From contig NC_058368.1 of the NCBI RefSeq assembly GCF_018350175.1, positions 48,982,001 to 49,046,000 on the forward strand: DNA of 64,000 nucleotides, in the 5' to 3' direction. The stretch's first letter is position 1, and each line of letters begins with the position of its first letter. The stretch comes from Felis catus (taxonomy: Eukaryota). Positions 24,960-38,194 of the stretch are shown here, one piece after another. The notes beneath the pieces are model-generated. The model was not told where the DNA came from. It saw nothing but the letters and a program-made list of their open reading frames with translations, and searched no databases. Made by a program: the position numbers and the translations under genes.

Positions 24960-25110
24960 TGCTTGCTCCAATTTTGGGGCCAGCGGCCTGTCCGGTGACC
25001 TCCCTTCATTTACAGATCTAAGAGGAATTATTTTTCAGTTTGTTCAGCCTTTTGACTTGTTAGCACAGAGTGGTGACTTCCAAGCTTCTTATGTTGTGGA
25101 CAGGAAATCG
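24960..25110 (-). mobile_element. Ancient L1M (L1MD/L1M4-like) 5'-end fragment
   Basis: 'gatctaagagga...tttcagtttgttcagcctttt...gagtggtgacttccaagctt' resembles an antisense old L1 5' terminus. Confidence 0.5.
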
Positions 25111-26761
25111 TCCTTCATGCTAATAAGAAAGGGGACTTTTATGATGATGAGCTATGAGCTCACTGCTCCATTAACGTAGGAAAGTTTAGTTTGACTGATA
25201 GCATCACAGTTGTGAAGAATCTGAAAGATGGGTGCCTTCGAGCGAGGTGGCCTGTATGGGAATTTCTGCCCCACGCTCCTGGGAAGCTGGGTGCCCAGTG
25301 CCTTCCTAAAGTGTGACTACAGTCTTAGTGGTATTGCAGAGAGGTGGAATAGGTGGGTGGGACAGAGACAGGAAAGGGGATCCCAGGCATCCCTCTGCTG
25401 GGACTGTGCTGTATTGGGCATGAGCTTAAAGGGACCTGGCGAAGAAAAATAAATAAAGGTGAGTTTGAGAAGGACTATTAATTAGTGTTTTCTCTCTGGG
25501 AATGGATTGTACCTCTCTCTGTACTCTTCACAAAATTTCAGGGCACGATAGAGGGGCACAGAATAAAGTCAGAAGTGGTTTTGGAATGTGAACATCCTTG
25601 GCATTTCATTGCTACTATTTTTTGTTAGAAAATCAAATTTCAAAAGAAGAAAATCTATTTAAAAACTTTGTATCCCACTATATTAGACAGTAAACAATTT
25701 TACTATAGATGCATTGCTCCAATTTACTCCCACTTTGCAGGAAATTTTGTTGAAATTTCCAGCAGAGGAGAATATCGTGAACTTGGCTCAAACCCCATGG
25801 CTTGGGGTGTAGCCCAGAAACAGCTGCTCGGGTAGTTTTTCCCTTCCCTGCTGCTCTTCCCTCATTCACAGTCCTGGGGTTTTGCTAAATGCAGCCCATA
25901 GAACAAAATTGTCTCATTGCTGGTTGCCAACCAAAGAAAGGCAGTTAGCTGATTAAACAAAGCAGAAGACATCTTCCTTCCTTCCCGAAGGTATGAAATC
26001 ACTAGCTTTTTTTTGAAAGGGTGAACAGAAAGTAGAGGGCATACAGCAGGTGGTAAGTAGAAACCACAAATTCCACCTTGAAGTCTTTGCTGTAAAACTG
26101 GCCATGGCCTTCCTACAGGGTGTGGTGTATGGGATCCCTGGGGCAATGGTGGGGGCAGGGGGTCCCTCAGGGTCCAGCCTGGGCTCTAGCTGCTCAGCCC
26201 CTTCCCTCTTCGAATTCCTAGCTAATTGAACCTACCTGTTCCCCTTATTCACTCCTTATCATCCCCATCATAAATGTATTTCTTTTTCCCTCTCCCTCCC
26301 CTGCCTCCCCCTCTTTATTAAATGCGGTTCAAATCGAAATTGTCATTTTTACCCTTCAAGTACTACTTTATACCAAACAAAAATTTTTACTGGCAATAGG
26401 GCCTTCCCTGGGGCTGCCCAGCTGCCACTGGGGCGATTAGGGTGTTTCCTGCAGCTGAAGTCTCTTGTAATTAGCAAGCCCTTCAGGCAGTCTGGACTCT
26501 GAATTTAGCTGCCATCTGGTATCATCTGTAAATGACAATGGCACTGTATCTTCTCTGTTGACTCGGTCCTGCCTGCACCCCACCCCCACCCTCAGCAACC
26601 CTCAAAGAGATTTCACTTTGAAAGAGATGTCCAGCTTCTCATCAAGCCATAACTGTCAAGGCATGTTGGGCTCTAGTTAACTTGCCAGGAATTTCCCGGG
26701 CCATCAGGAGGCTAAAGCAAAAGACCGCATTGGGCCAAGTAGTGTCTCCTGTCACTCTATA

Positions 26762-26946
26762 CCGGTGTTTCTCAAAGTGTGGCTTCAGGACTGACAGCCC
26801 CGGAATTATCTAGGAAGTTGACAAAAACAAATTCTCAGGCTCCACCTTAGACCTAAAATCAGAAACTCTGGAGATGGTCCCCTCCATCTGTGTTTTAACA
26901 AGCCTTCTAAGTCATCCTGACTCTTGCCAAAGTTTGTGAACCCCTG
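26762..26946. mobile_element. MER5A-like hAT-Charlie MITE
   Basis: Termini 'cggtgtttctcaaagtgtgg' and 'aaagtttgtgaacccctg'; core 'tcagaaactctgg...atctgtgttttaacaagcc'. Confidence 0.8.
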
Positions 26947-26954
26947 CCTTTGGC

Positions 26955-27100
26955 TTCTCATCAGCACTTGAGTGACATCTGAGGCAGGACAATTCTTTAT
27001 CGTGGGGACTGTCATGTGCTTCGGTGGATATTTAATAGTATCCTTGGCCTCTACTCACTAGATGCTAGTAGCATTCCTTCAGTTGTGACTGTCCAAAACC
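26955..27100. mobile_element. MER20-like hAT-Charlie MITE, partial
   Basis: 'acaattctttatcgtggggactgtc', 'tggcctctactcactagatgctagtagca', 'cagttgtgac'. Confidence 0.75.
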
Positions 27101-27196
27101 TATAGACCAGTGGTTCTCTACAGGTTCTATGTCTACTTGCTTAGTGCTGACTAGTGATTGTTGATGGGGAAGACTGTATATAAAGTGTTATGTATG

Positions 27197-27357
27197 CAGC
27201 ACTTCTCAGGCTTTAATGTGCATAAGTCACCTGCGGATCTTGTTAAAAACAGTTCTAATTCCAGAAAGCTGAGTTAGATCCTAAGATGGTGCATGTTTAA
27301 CAAGCTACAAGTGATGCCCCTGTTGCTGCTCTGCAGACTACACTTTGATTAACAAGG
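27197..27357. mobile_element. MER5B-like hAT-Charlie MITE
   Basis: 'tcacctgcggatcttgttaaaa', 'tgcatgtttaacaagct...tgatgcccctgttgctg...ctacactttga'. Confidence 0.65.
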
Positions 27358-28439
27358 TTCTATGAGATCTTGAAAGATTTATTGACTAAAGGAATGAATA
27401 ATTAAAAGATAAGGATGCCGTTTTTAGAATGTGTGAGCCTTGCTTCCCTTTGTCATTGAACTCATTTCTAGAATTTCTTTCCTTTCATTATTTCTATTTC
27501 AAAAGTAAGAAAGATCAACTTTATTTTAGTAAATGTAGCTCATGTGGACAAAAAAGTACCAAATATCTTTGTGTATGAATTATACTACGTTTACAGATAC
27601 ATAAAAGTAAATGCCTGGAATCCATTTCCGAGCCAGTGAAAGATATAGCGTGCTGTACGAACTCCTAATCAACTCAACTAAACATCTCCTCCACAGTTTT
27701 TCTGCGCAGACCATGCTTGCCAATTGCTCATTGAAAAATATATGTATGCCATTTGCACACATACCTGCAGCTGTATGCTTTCACCATACGTATTTCCAAA
27801 ATGATGTAAGAGTCATGTTGACTGGGAAAGGTCAATGCCTCATGGTCCAAAATTCACGTAAAAAAAAAACGAATTAGCCAGCAGGTCTAACTTGTTTTCA
27901 TTGTCATCTCAGTTAGTGAGAAACTGGTTTTAAATGATCTTCTATCACCACAGGAGAATGATGGCATTTGCAATTGCCGAAGTGGCAGGGTAATTTCCTT
28001 CTAGAGCTAATGAATACCCAGTGCTTTCTTTGTTTCTCAGTTAATCCATCGACAGATGTGGCTCTGAGGTGCAAAGAAGTCTGAAACCTTGGGGAATGAG
28101 ATGGATCTTTTTTTTTTTAGAAGTTAAAGAACTTTTTCTTTTTCTTTTTTTTTTGGCTTGAAATGGGAAAACACTGATAGAAAGGCACACCAAATATTCC
28201 TGTATATACATTGGTACTGTGTGATGGATAATAGGGAAAGTATCAAACGTAACACACTGTGGTGCACAAAGTCTTAAGACAGAACTATGTGGGGTCCCTC
28301 AATTTCAAACGGACTCACCTGCACTGCCACATCTCAACATGCCCCTTGCCCTTCTGTTGCAAATAAACCTCTAGCCACTGATGAATACATTGTACTTCAA
28401 GTGTACTTTTTGGGAAGCATACCCCTTCTCATTTACAAT

Positions 28440-28905
28440 GTGTGTCAGAGACTTACTAGTATTCGATAAGCCTGTTTCCTCTGCCTCTGGGTACATGGCT
28501 GGACTCTATTTCCCAGCTGCCCTTGCAGTTAGGCACTGCCATTTAACTGATTTTTGCTCACTGAAATGTGGGTGGATCAGATGTATTCCACTTCCACCCT
28601 TAGTCCACGAAATCTGCCCACGCAGGATCCTCCATGCTTTTACGTTTTTTTTTTGTTTGTTTGTTTTTTGTTTTTTTTTGCTGGACTGGTGCAGATGAGC
28701 ACAGGGACCCTGGAAGTTGTGTTCTGAAGATGGAGAAACCAAAACATGAAGAAGCCCACGTCCCTGTTTGGAGGGAGCTGTCCATTAGTCAGGCACACTC
28801 GTTTTGGTCTTTATGTAAGTGAGAAATAATTTCTCTTGTACACGAGTCATTATACATCTTTCAGATTCATTTGTTCCAACTGCTGGAATTACCCTAATTA
28901 ACAAA
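28440..28905 (+). mobile_element. MLT1 (I/J-like) MaLR LTR
   Basis: 'gactctatttcccagctgcccttgcagttagg', 'aagtgagaaataatttctctt', 3' 'ttaccctaattaaca'. Confidence 0.65.
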
Positions 28906-29547
28906 GTATATCTCATATATAATTGTTACCTCAGCAGAGAAGCCCTTTTTCTATCACAGATGCTGTTGCCACGCATTATTCTGGTTTCCTCCTGTTTTGC
29001 AGATCCTAAATTATATCACTTTCCTTTAGGTACTTCTCACTGTTCCATGCTTACCTAGTCTACCTAATTTGTCCCTGTCTCTGAAGTTTCTCATTTTAAA
29101 GCTCACTGCTGGAAAAATTGTATGAAATAGCAAGAGGGAGGGAAAAGGCAACATAGATCCCTTTCCACTCCTATTCTGGTTCTCTGTGACAATCCCTCCT
29201 CCTTCTCTTCCTTTATGTCTGTACCCTTTTTCCACGTTGTATATTCTTTCTATTTGTCATCATTTCATAGAATTTTCATTCTTATTACCATGATAGAATC
29301 TTACTACTTTTGGTTTTATAATTTTAACTCCCTCTGCACAACCAGCCTGACTATTCCATATTCCTTCCATCACGGGGCATCTCATTACATACATGCATAA
29401 TTCTAGATGTAACAGAAGGCACGAGTGTGAGAAGATCACAGAGAGAGAATAGCATCAGCAGAAAAAAATCCTGAGGCACTTCAGTCAGGGCAGTGCTGGA
29501 CCACAAAAGTCAAGGGAAGGGACTGTTCAAGTAAGAAGGAACAACTG

Positions 29548-29723
29548 GTGCATTTGGGGGCTCAGTCGGTTAAGCATCCAACTCTTGGTTTTGACTCAGG
29601 TCATGATCTCATGGTTTGTGGGTCTGAGCCCTGCATCGGGCTCTGCACTGGTGGCACAAAACTTGCTCTCTCTGTCCCTTCCCTGCTCTCCCTTTTTCTC
29701 ACAATAAATAAACATTAAAAAAA
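29548..29723 (+). mobile_element. Older SINEC with internal deletion
   Basis: 'ggctcagtcggttaagcatccaactcttggttttgactcaggtcatgatctc' then short CT tract, AATAAA and A tail. Confidence 0.85.
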
Positions 29724-30915
29724 GAAGGAATAGTCAATGATGGTGGATGTGGCCTCGGCCATCATAAGAACTGAAAAATATACTCTGTATTTGGCAAGAG
29801 GTCACCAATGTCCTCCATGAGAGTTATTCTGATGAACTTATCGGAAAGAAGTTAGACTGAACATGTGTTAGAGAATTAGTGGGAAATGCAGAAATAAGTG
29901 TATATGACAACTTTTTTGACAATATTGTGAAGAATGAAACAATTGGGAGCCTAAGAAAATGGAGCAGAGAACAAAAACTTTGCACGGAAAATGAGGAGTA
30001 GTGAGGAAAGGGTCAAGAAAGACACAGATGTGCAGAGTTATAGACCTAGGTTAAGGTTGATGAGCAGCCTGGGAACTAACAAATGAGTAAGGGGAGGGGA
30101 CATATGAAGTGGAAATTGAGAGGGAAAAATACAAACTGTTTCTACTGACAATTATGTCTATAGATGAGTCTGGTGGCATTTTTTTGTCTAAGGAAATCAT
30201 ATTCCCGTAAATAAAATATTTTTGTGAATGATCAGAGATAGAGGGAGACGAGAATCGTAACCAACACTTACATTTACATATACACATATTTACATATATT
30301 TGCTTATACTGTAGAAAGATTTACTGTTAAAAGCCTAGCAAAATGGAGCTGAAACACTGAGAAGATAAGTTGGTCTCCTAGCTATGTCAGAATTTATACT
30401 GAGATAAAAAAAAATATCATTCATTTATTCTTTGCATAACTGAGCATATCATTTCTAATACCACAACTGTCTACTATGTTCTGGTCGTGTTTAAAGATTA
30501 CAGGACATTGACATAATCAGTACTTTAAGGCCCAGAAATTCTATGTAACATTAACTGAACTGCACAGAAATGGAGATCAGAAAATATCCAAGAAGGACAT
30601 TGACCTTCTTTGTTCTAATGAGCTGGCTGTAAAATATGTATCACTTCGATTGCACTTCCTAACATAACGAATCACCAGGGAATAAAATCATATATTTTTT
30701 GCTTGCTGGAAGGATTCTAGTAAAGAACAATGGTGAAGTAACATGACAACGATGAGCTGATTATTTAATAATAAAGGTGTGCCCATGATAAAAACAGTAT
30801 CTTTTAAAGTTACATTTTTTTTCTATTCTATAGATAACCTTCACTAAAAAGCATAGCATAGTTCCATGATTCAATTAGATTTAATTCAATCAGGTTCAGC
30901 TCTATTAAATTTGAA

Positions 30916-30916
30916 T

Positions 30917-30947
<31 letters not shown>

Positions 30948-30968
30948 TACATACACGCATGCACATAC
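30916..30968. repeat. (CA)n/(CATA)n microsatellite
   Basis: Directly visible. Confidence 0.95.
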
Positions 30969-31494
30969 TTAGGAAATCAAAGTCATACCAAAACTTGGAT
31001 TTTGAAAATAATTGAGTTTTTTTCAGAGTACAAATATATATGACTACATCATTATACATATATATGACTTCATATGTAAATATATAGAAATAATGTATAT
31101 ATGACTATATCATTAGAGTATGAAAACATATTATTTTGAACTTAGAAATTTTGTCAAGAGATTTTACCACAGAAATGGCACAAGTGACAAAAAGTATGTG
31201 CCAAATGCATGCTCGGGGATATTTTGGAGGAAGTCAATGTTTTCTTAATCTCAGTTATCACACAATCATGCCTTTTTTTTGCTCTTAGAAACTTTAAGAA
31301 ATAATATCCCTAAAATTTTTTCTCAGAATTATACAAACTGAAATGGAATTGTGAAATCTCTATCCGTAGCTATCTAAGAACACTGGGGAGTTGGGGAGAG
31401 AGAATATTTTGGGGATAGATAGGAATTGCATCGTGATGAGAGGCTTGGGGACCTTAGGGAGGGAGTAGGTGGTGAGTGAGAAATTTCTTGTGGC

Positions 31495-31928
31495 TGTGTG
31501 TTAGTTTGCTAGGGCTACCCTAGTAAAGTATCCCAAGTGGGATGACTTAAAACAAGATAAATGGATTGTCACATTTATCCTGGAAGCTAGAAGTCCAAAG
31601 GTATCGGTAGGATCATGTTCCTGAAACCTACAGAGAAGAACCCTTCCTTGCCTTTTTCGAGCTTCTCACATCTTTAAAAATTCTTGTTCCTTGGCTTGCA
31701 GCTACACTACTCCAACCCCCACCTCTGTTGTCAAATGGTATTCTCCCTATGTCAGACTCTTCATATGATGTTTTCCTCTTCTTACAAGAACACCAGTCCT
31801 ATTGGATGACCTCACCTTAACTTAATTACCTCTGCAAAGACTCTATTTCCAATTAAGGTCACATTCAGAGGCGCCAGGGGTTAAGACTTTAATACATCTT
31901 TTTGAGAGACACAATTCAATCCGTAACA
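31495..31928 (-). mobile_element. MLT1C/D-type MaLR solo LTR
   Basis: Starts 'tgtgtgttagtttgctagggct', has 'tctgcaaagactctatttccaattaaggtcacattc', ends 'acacaattcaatccgtaaca' (TG...CA). Confidence 0.85.
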
Positions 31929-32169
31929 GTAGATATGATTTGGATACTTTTGTATGGAAAGTGGTATATAAAATCTTATATTAGGCTCTTAGCAGAACTG
32001 TTCTGTGTCTAATGCTACTAGTGCTGTTATCTCCAAGTTTTCAATAAACATCTATTGTTTCCTGAGTAGCATTTTCACAAAATCAAGGTAAAGGACCTTT
32101 ATTCCATGCCTTAACCCATGTGGGACAGAGGAAAGAGAACAGACTTGAGCACTGAATCATATAGAATAC

Positions 32170-32640
32170 AACCTGAGTTTCTGTAGTAAAGAAAACCCAA
32201 ACACAGTGGTTTAAATAAAGCAGAAGTTCAATTCTCTCTCATCTTACAGTCCATGCGTAGGTCACCAGACCATTTCAGGCAGGCGATTCTGCACAAGACC
32301 ATCAAGGGACCCAAGTTAGTTTAGTGAGCACTTCTGGGTCCAAGTTGACTGTTCCTTTGTTACCTTTCCCCAGACCACAGAAAGTAAGAAAGACATTGGA
32401 AAGGCAAATAGCTTTCCTTTTGAAGGACAGGATTCAAAATTTGCAAACATCGCTTCCTCTTAAATATCGCTGGCCAGAACTTAGTCAAATGGTCATATCT
32501 GGATACAGAAGAGTTTGGGAAATGTAGTCTCTACCCAACCAATGGAGTGCCTTGCTGAAAAATGGTTAAAAGGGGGATTCTACTTCAAATAATAAGAGAG
32601 AAAATGGAGACTGGGGGATAATTAGCAGTCTCTGCCAAGG
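32170..32640 (-). mobile_element. Old MLT1 (J/K-like) LTR
   Basis: 'tggccagaacttagtcaaatggtcatatct...gggaaatgtagtct', 'attagcagtctctgcca'. Confidence 0.6.
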
Positions 32641-33243
32641 GTGATAGTAACATAAGTTAGACTGGGAGTTCACTGATAATGACTAATTGTAGTTAGAGGT
32701 AACCAAGTTAAGCCCCCATGAATTCTCAGGTACCCCAGGACTTCCAAAAGATAGCATAGCAGTTGAAAGTATATGGGGAGGGGGTAAATGTGGTGTTTGG
32801 CAGAGGCCCTAACCAATATATATATATTTTTATTTTCAAAGTACATGATGACCACAGCTGATAACTAAATTTTATGTAATAAAAGATGGAGCCTTGTATT
32901 GGAATCTCAGCATTAAAAAAAATTTTTTTTAAGTAAGAACTACAGTGAACTACTTTGCAGATTTGGTTTTGAAAAAAAAAAGGGAAGAAGATGATTCACA
33001 GTTGATTTGTAATCAATCAACACTTATTTATTGAAAAATAAGCAAGTAAAGAATTTCAGAGGGAAATTATGGGAAACATAAAGGATAAAAAGAAGAAAGT
33101 CACCTTCATCTTGAGATTTAAAACAAAGCATTAAATTTATAATGCTGATACATATATATACTGATATGTAGTATTATTATATATAGATAGATACCTATAT
33201 TATTATGTATTATTATTTTTATTAGATAGCTTATAATGATATA

Positions 33244-33626
33244 CAGTTGACCCTTGAACAACATGGGGGTTGGGGATGCCAACACCCTTGTTCGTGTGTG
33301 ATTGAGAATCTGTGTGTAACTTTTGACTCCCCAAAAACTTAACTACTAACAGCCTATTGTTGACCCAAAGCCTTATTGATAACATAAACAGTTGATTAAC
33401 ATATATTTTATATGTTATATAATACGTATAGACTTATAAAAACTGTTTATAATCTATAATATAGAATACATATGCAGTCTTGCAAAAAGGTAAGCTAGAG
33501 AAAAGAAAATGTTATTAATGAAATCATAAGGAATAGAAAATACATTTACTGTACTGTAATTTTCCAAAAATTCAACAAATACGTGAACTCACGCAATTCA
33601 AACCCATGTTGTTCAAGGGTCAACTA
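33244..33626. mobile_element. Tigger2-family (TcMar-Tigger) non-autonomous DNA transposon
   Basis: 24-bp TIRs 'cagttgacccttgaacaacatggg' and 'cccatgttgttcaagggtcaacta' (1 mismatch); TA at left flank. Confidence 0.92.
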
Positions 33627-33784
33627 TTATAGTGTTACTACATATATCTTATACAGTTTTTGTAGCAAGCCATACGGAGAAGACCAAATAATTCTGACTC
33701 ATAAATTTAACATAGTGTTTCCTAAATCACTTTGAAAATAGAATGTCAATGCCAGTCAAGATATTCCCTCAGTCGAATCTTACA

Positions 33785-34150
33785 TAAAGATGAGCATCAA
33801 TGAACAGAAACTACACACAACAGGGATGGATCTCACAAACATGATGAGCAGCAACAGCAACAAAAGCCAGACACAAAGTACATAATATATGATTTTATTT
33901 ATTTAGTGTTCAAAATCGGGCAAAATTAATCTATGATGTATGTAAGGAAGCCAAGACAGTGACTACCCTTGGTTGAGTGAAATGGTGGAAGGGAGTATGA
34001 AGAGAGCTTCCCGGGATGGTGGCAGTGTTCTGTGGCTTGATTTGATAGGTGGTTACGTGGATGTATTCTATAGGCTGGAATAGAGAGCACTCTGCATTGG
34101 TGATTTGTGTACATTTCTACATATAGGTTGTACTTCAGTACAATTAAAAA
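33785..34150 (+). mobile_element. Ancient L1MC/ME-like 3' end
   Basis: 'ggatggatctcacaaacat', 'aaagccagacacaaag', 'aaattaatctatgatg', 'tgtacttcagtacaattaaaa'. Confidence 0.65.
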
Positions 34151-34539
34151 CATTAGTTCTATTACCTTATGGTTAGGTATCATACAAAATAATTAGAAGG
34201 TACAATTTCAGCTCTTAGAGAACTTAATAAATCCAAGTGGAGAAAATGAAATTCATGCCGTGTTGTGATTCGATGGACATAGAAGCAATAATTGCAAGAA
34301 AAATAGTATGCCACAACTTAAATGAGGAGGATAAATTTAAGTAAAAGAACTCCAAAGATAAGCCTTTCCATTAATTTTGTCTTCTTGTGGGTACAGGGTT
34401 TGCAAAAGACATGCCATATTATGTTTTAAAAAATGTATATATCTTTTAATTTAAAAAAGAATGTGATTCTTTACATATTAAAACTTAAAGGACTCTAAAG
34501 GAGATAAAACAGGTTGTAGGAAATCTTAAAGCAATTTCT

Positions 34540-34797
34540 TTTTTATTTCTTTTTATTTTTTTAATGTTTATTTTTGAGTGAGAGAGAGAGAGAGGGAGAG
34601 AGAGGGAGGGCGAACACGCACACACACACATGGCTGAGTGGGGACGGGCAGAGAGAGAGAGGGAGACAGAATCAGAAGCAGGCTTCAGGCTCTGAGCTGT
34701 CAGCACAGAGCCTGACATGGGCTCAAACCCATGAACTGTGAGATCATGACCTGAGCTGCAGCTAGATGCCCAACCAACTGAGCCACCCAGGTGCCCC
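34540..34797 (-). mobile_element. SINEC
   Basis: Antisense SINEC; flanks 'taaagcaatttc' and 'taaagcagtttc'. Confidence 0.92.
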
Positions 34798-35176
34798 TAA
34801 AGCAGTTTCAACCAGCAGACGATAGTAAAGTTTAACAACAATATTTGCCAACTAAGTGAAGTGTTCATAAAGAAGAAAGATAAGCCCATGACTCCATAGC
34901 ACTTGTATAGCTATTGATCTCCTAGGTGTGGGAAAAATTTGTCTGTCCTTAATGAGTTTCTAGTCTACTATGTTTCCATCCTTTTCTTTCTTTGGCTTAT
35001 GTGAGTAGACCTGTATATGTGGAATTCATTGAAAAAAAATTTTTTGCAACCCCAAATACTGATCAGTTATAATCGCCATGGCTTCAACAGAAACCTACAG
35101 AAAAATGATCTCAAAATGGAAATAACCTCATCTTTTTCATCACAAATTGTAGCACTTCTAAGTTACTGGACATTTA

Positions 35177-35391
35177 TTTATTTTTTTTCAACGTTTATTT
35201 ATTTTTGGGACAGAGAGAGACAGAGCATGAACGGGGGAAGGGCAGAGAGAGAGGGAGACACAGATACAGAAACAGGCTCCAGGCTCTGAGCCATCAGCCC
35301 AGAGCCTGACGCGGGGCTCGAACTCACAGACCGCGAGATCGTGACCTGGCTGAAGTCGGACGCTTAACCGACTGCGCCACCCAGGCGCCCC
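35177..35391 (-). mobile_element. Young SINEC_Fc with perfect 18-bp TSD
   Basis: TSD 'taagttactggacattta' at 35159-35176 and 35392-35409. Confidence 0.97.
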
Positions 35392-36789
35392 TAAGTTACT
35401 GGACATTTAAATTGCATAGTACAGTTAGGGCTACAAAATGTAGACACCCACCTTAATTTGTATGATATACTCTAACTTCAAGTCAGTTGTTTGGAACTCA
35501 TGGTCTCTTTTATGGGAAATCTATTTCTTAAAACTTAAATGGTAGTCTTTTCTGTGAGGATCTGAAGTCTTGATACTCTCTTCTTATCCTATCCCTGTAA
35601 AAATCACCTTCGTGGGATCTGAAGCAATAATGATCCTCTTAACACAACACATCTCATTCAGGCCACTTGAGAAAATTCTAATGAGTTGAGAAGATCCGTA
35701 AAATAGTTTCTCAGGAGTAAGATTACATGTTTATTTTGTACATGTGCCTAAAGGCTTTGCAATGAGTGCATTTTTATAATTCTAATTGATTTCCAGAGTA
35801 CTGCCCATTCTTTTTACTATGCTAATGGCCAGAGGCTATTGAAAAGGGAGCAATTTTAGAAAATCCTGAATAAAAACAAACTAAACATCCCTGCCAATTT
35901 GAGAATCAGCCAAACTATCCAATTGCCTTTTTTATTCTTTTTTCTTTTTTTTTTTGGTTTATTTGGCTTTTCTAGTTTGTTGGTAAGTAAGAACAGCAAT
36001 GACCTTTAGTTTATTCCCTCTATTTGGTAGAGCCAAACTTTAACTGGCAAGACGTACTGAAATTCAGACGACACTATTACTTTAGTCATATTTTGAAAAA
36101 CTTTAAGACTGAAGAAAAAACATGGCATTAGGGTAGACAGAAACTTCTTTAAAAATGCAGTGGAAGAACATTGTTTTGGGATGTGGTTCTTTCCCTTCCT
36201 GCTGTCTCAGGCACTCAACCTTATTTTCAAGTGCTGTACCTTCCCAGTGAAAAACAAAAAAGCAGCATTTATACTGTTAAATTTGATTAAAAAAATACAG
36301 TGAAAGGAAATGATCAAACTTTATATTCTGCCTTTGTTTCTGTATTTTTGAGAAATTCTTCAAATCAAGAATCAGTCTAAAGAGAAAAATCTCTTAAATT
36401 CCATGGCCATTAGTAGTAGCTCATTATGCAGGACTCCTAAACCCAAGCAATTCAAGTTGCTTGTTTCAAATAACTTTGTTCCTTTGTATTTCCAAGTTGC
36501 ACTATACATGTTTGTGGACACAAAGATAATGCCTTGTGTTTTCTGTCTCTTGGCTTCCAACTGTGGCACCTAACATAATCACATTATCATGTCTTGGAGA
36601 GTGCAAAGTCAGGGTTAGCTTTTGAATGCCCATCTCTAGCCTTTATTCACACATCACCATCTCGACCTTTGATTTCTCTCTCCTACAAATTGTCTAAGTT
36701 AACTTTATTCCTGCTCCATATTTTTACCACACTCATATAAGATTCTTCTGTCAACATCTTCTAAAAACTTCAACTTTTGTTTTTTAATC

Positions 36790-36980
36790 TTATGATTATT
36801 ATTTTAAAGTTTATTTATTTTGACAAAAGAGAGAGGGAAAGTGCAAGTGGGGGAGGGAAAGAGAGAGAGAGAGAGGGAGTGAGAGAATCCCAAGTAGGCT
36901 CCACATGCCAGCCTGATGTGGGGCTCAAACTCACTGAACCCAAGTCATATGCTTAACAGACTGAGCCACCTAGGCACCCC
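36790..36980 (-). mobile_element. Older SINEC with internal deletion
   Basis: 'gagagaatcccaagtaggctcc...tgcttaacagactgagccacctaggcacccc'. Confidence 0.85.
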
Positions 36981-38194
36981 TTATTTTTTATTTTAAATGA
37001 TTATTGTTTATTCTCTGTCCCTTGAATCTGTTTCTATATATTTTAATACATATATGTACGTATGTATTTCGCAATTAAACTATTTAACACTAAGTGAGAA
37101 AAATAGTATTTTTGTCCATATCCTATGTCCTTTCTCTTCTGTGAAAAGAACTGAGGTGGAGTTTTCAGTGCAACTGCTGTTGCATTTTGTTGCTAGGGAA
37201 TTGCTAAAGGAAATCAGCAATCAAGAACTAAAGCAGAACTTCACTATTGTATAGATCATTAGAGCCAGCTGCTTGGCAGGTATTGGGAAGGAGAAAACTC
37301 ACAAAAACTCTTCAAGATTATTCTGGAGAAAGAGCCATTGCTTCTGAAAATGAATGTCAAGTGAGCCTTCATCAGTTCTTAAGAGCAGAATTCTATTTGG
37401 CTTTTCAATCTTTCTTTATCCCTCTTGCTACATGCCTACAGATAAAGTATAATTTTTGAGAAAACACACAGTAAGCCCTAGGTAGTCACAGCCTTTGGAG
37501 AAGTATATCTAAGAGGTCTGAGATCTTTTTTTTTTATCAGAGTGGGAACTTCAAATTAGAGAAGTAAAATGTGTTACTCAAGGAAAGCAACAGGTGAAAT
37601 AGGAACTGAAACACAGGGCTTGACTGAGTCCATTGGGCTTTTCTCACTCTTCTGCTATACAGCTGGACTCACTTATAGATGACCACACTTAACACCAGTG
37701 TTTGTGATTCTCAGTACACGGGGAAAAAGCAAAGACATTTCCTTAACAAAAATGTTGAGACAGCCCAGAGTTGGCCCCTGCAATCATTTCTAGGTGGCTA
37801 TAAAGAGAAAGCTACGAGCTGGCACAGAGGAGTGAATGTCAGTTAGCAATTCTCAGACTCAGCACAAAGACCAGGTTAAAATGATGGAATAGAAAGAGTG
37901 ACTTGAGGACTGTAGTTTTGATGTCCTGGTTAACCTCTGATGAGAATGGGGAAAGAACTAGGTAAGGTAGGAATGGAGTTAAGAGCAGTTTATTCCCAGG
38001 CAGGACAGCAACAGTTACACGCGAATTTTATGCCAAATTTAACCTTCTCAATTTTGTCTTAAGCCCCATTGCTGCTGATTGTGTCTGACCTCCATTTTCC
38101 TCTTACAACCTTGGTTCCAAGAAGACTGACTGGCCATTCCTGGATGCACTGTGCTTTTATTAATCTACTTTTAAGGTCTCCATGTCTTTATACA

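Noticed and set aside
31033..31115. Three spaced copies of 'atatatgact' resembling a repeat-spacer array
   Set aside because: Degenerate TA-rich low-complexity repeat with irregular spacing; not CRISPR-like, and the DNA is mammalian.
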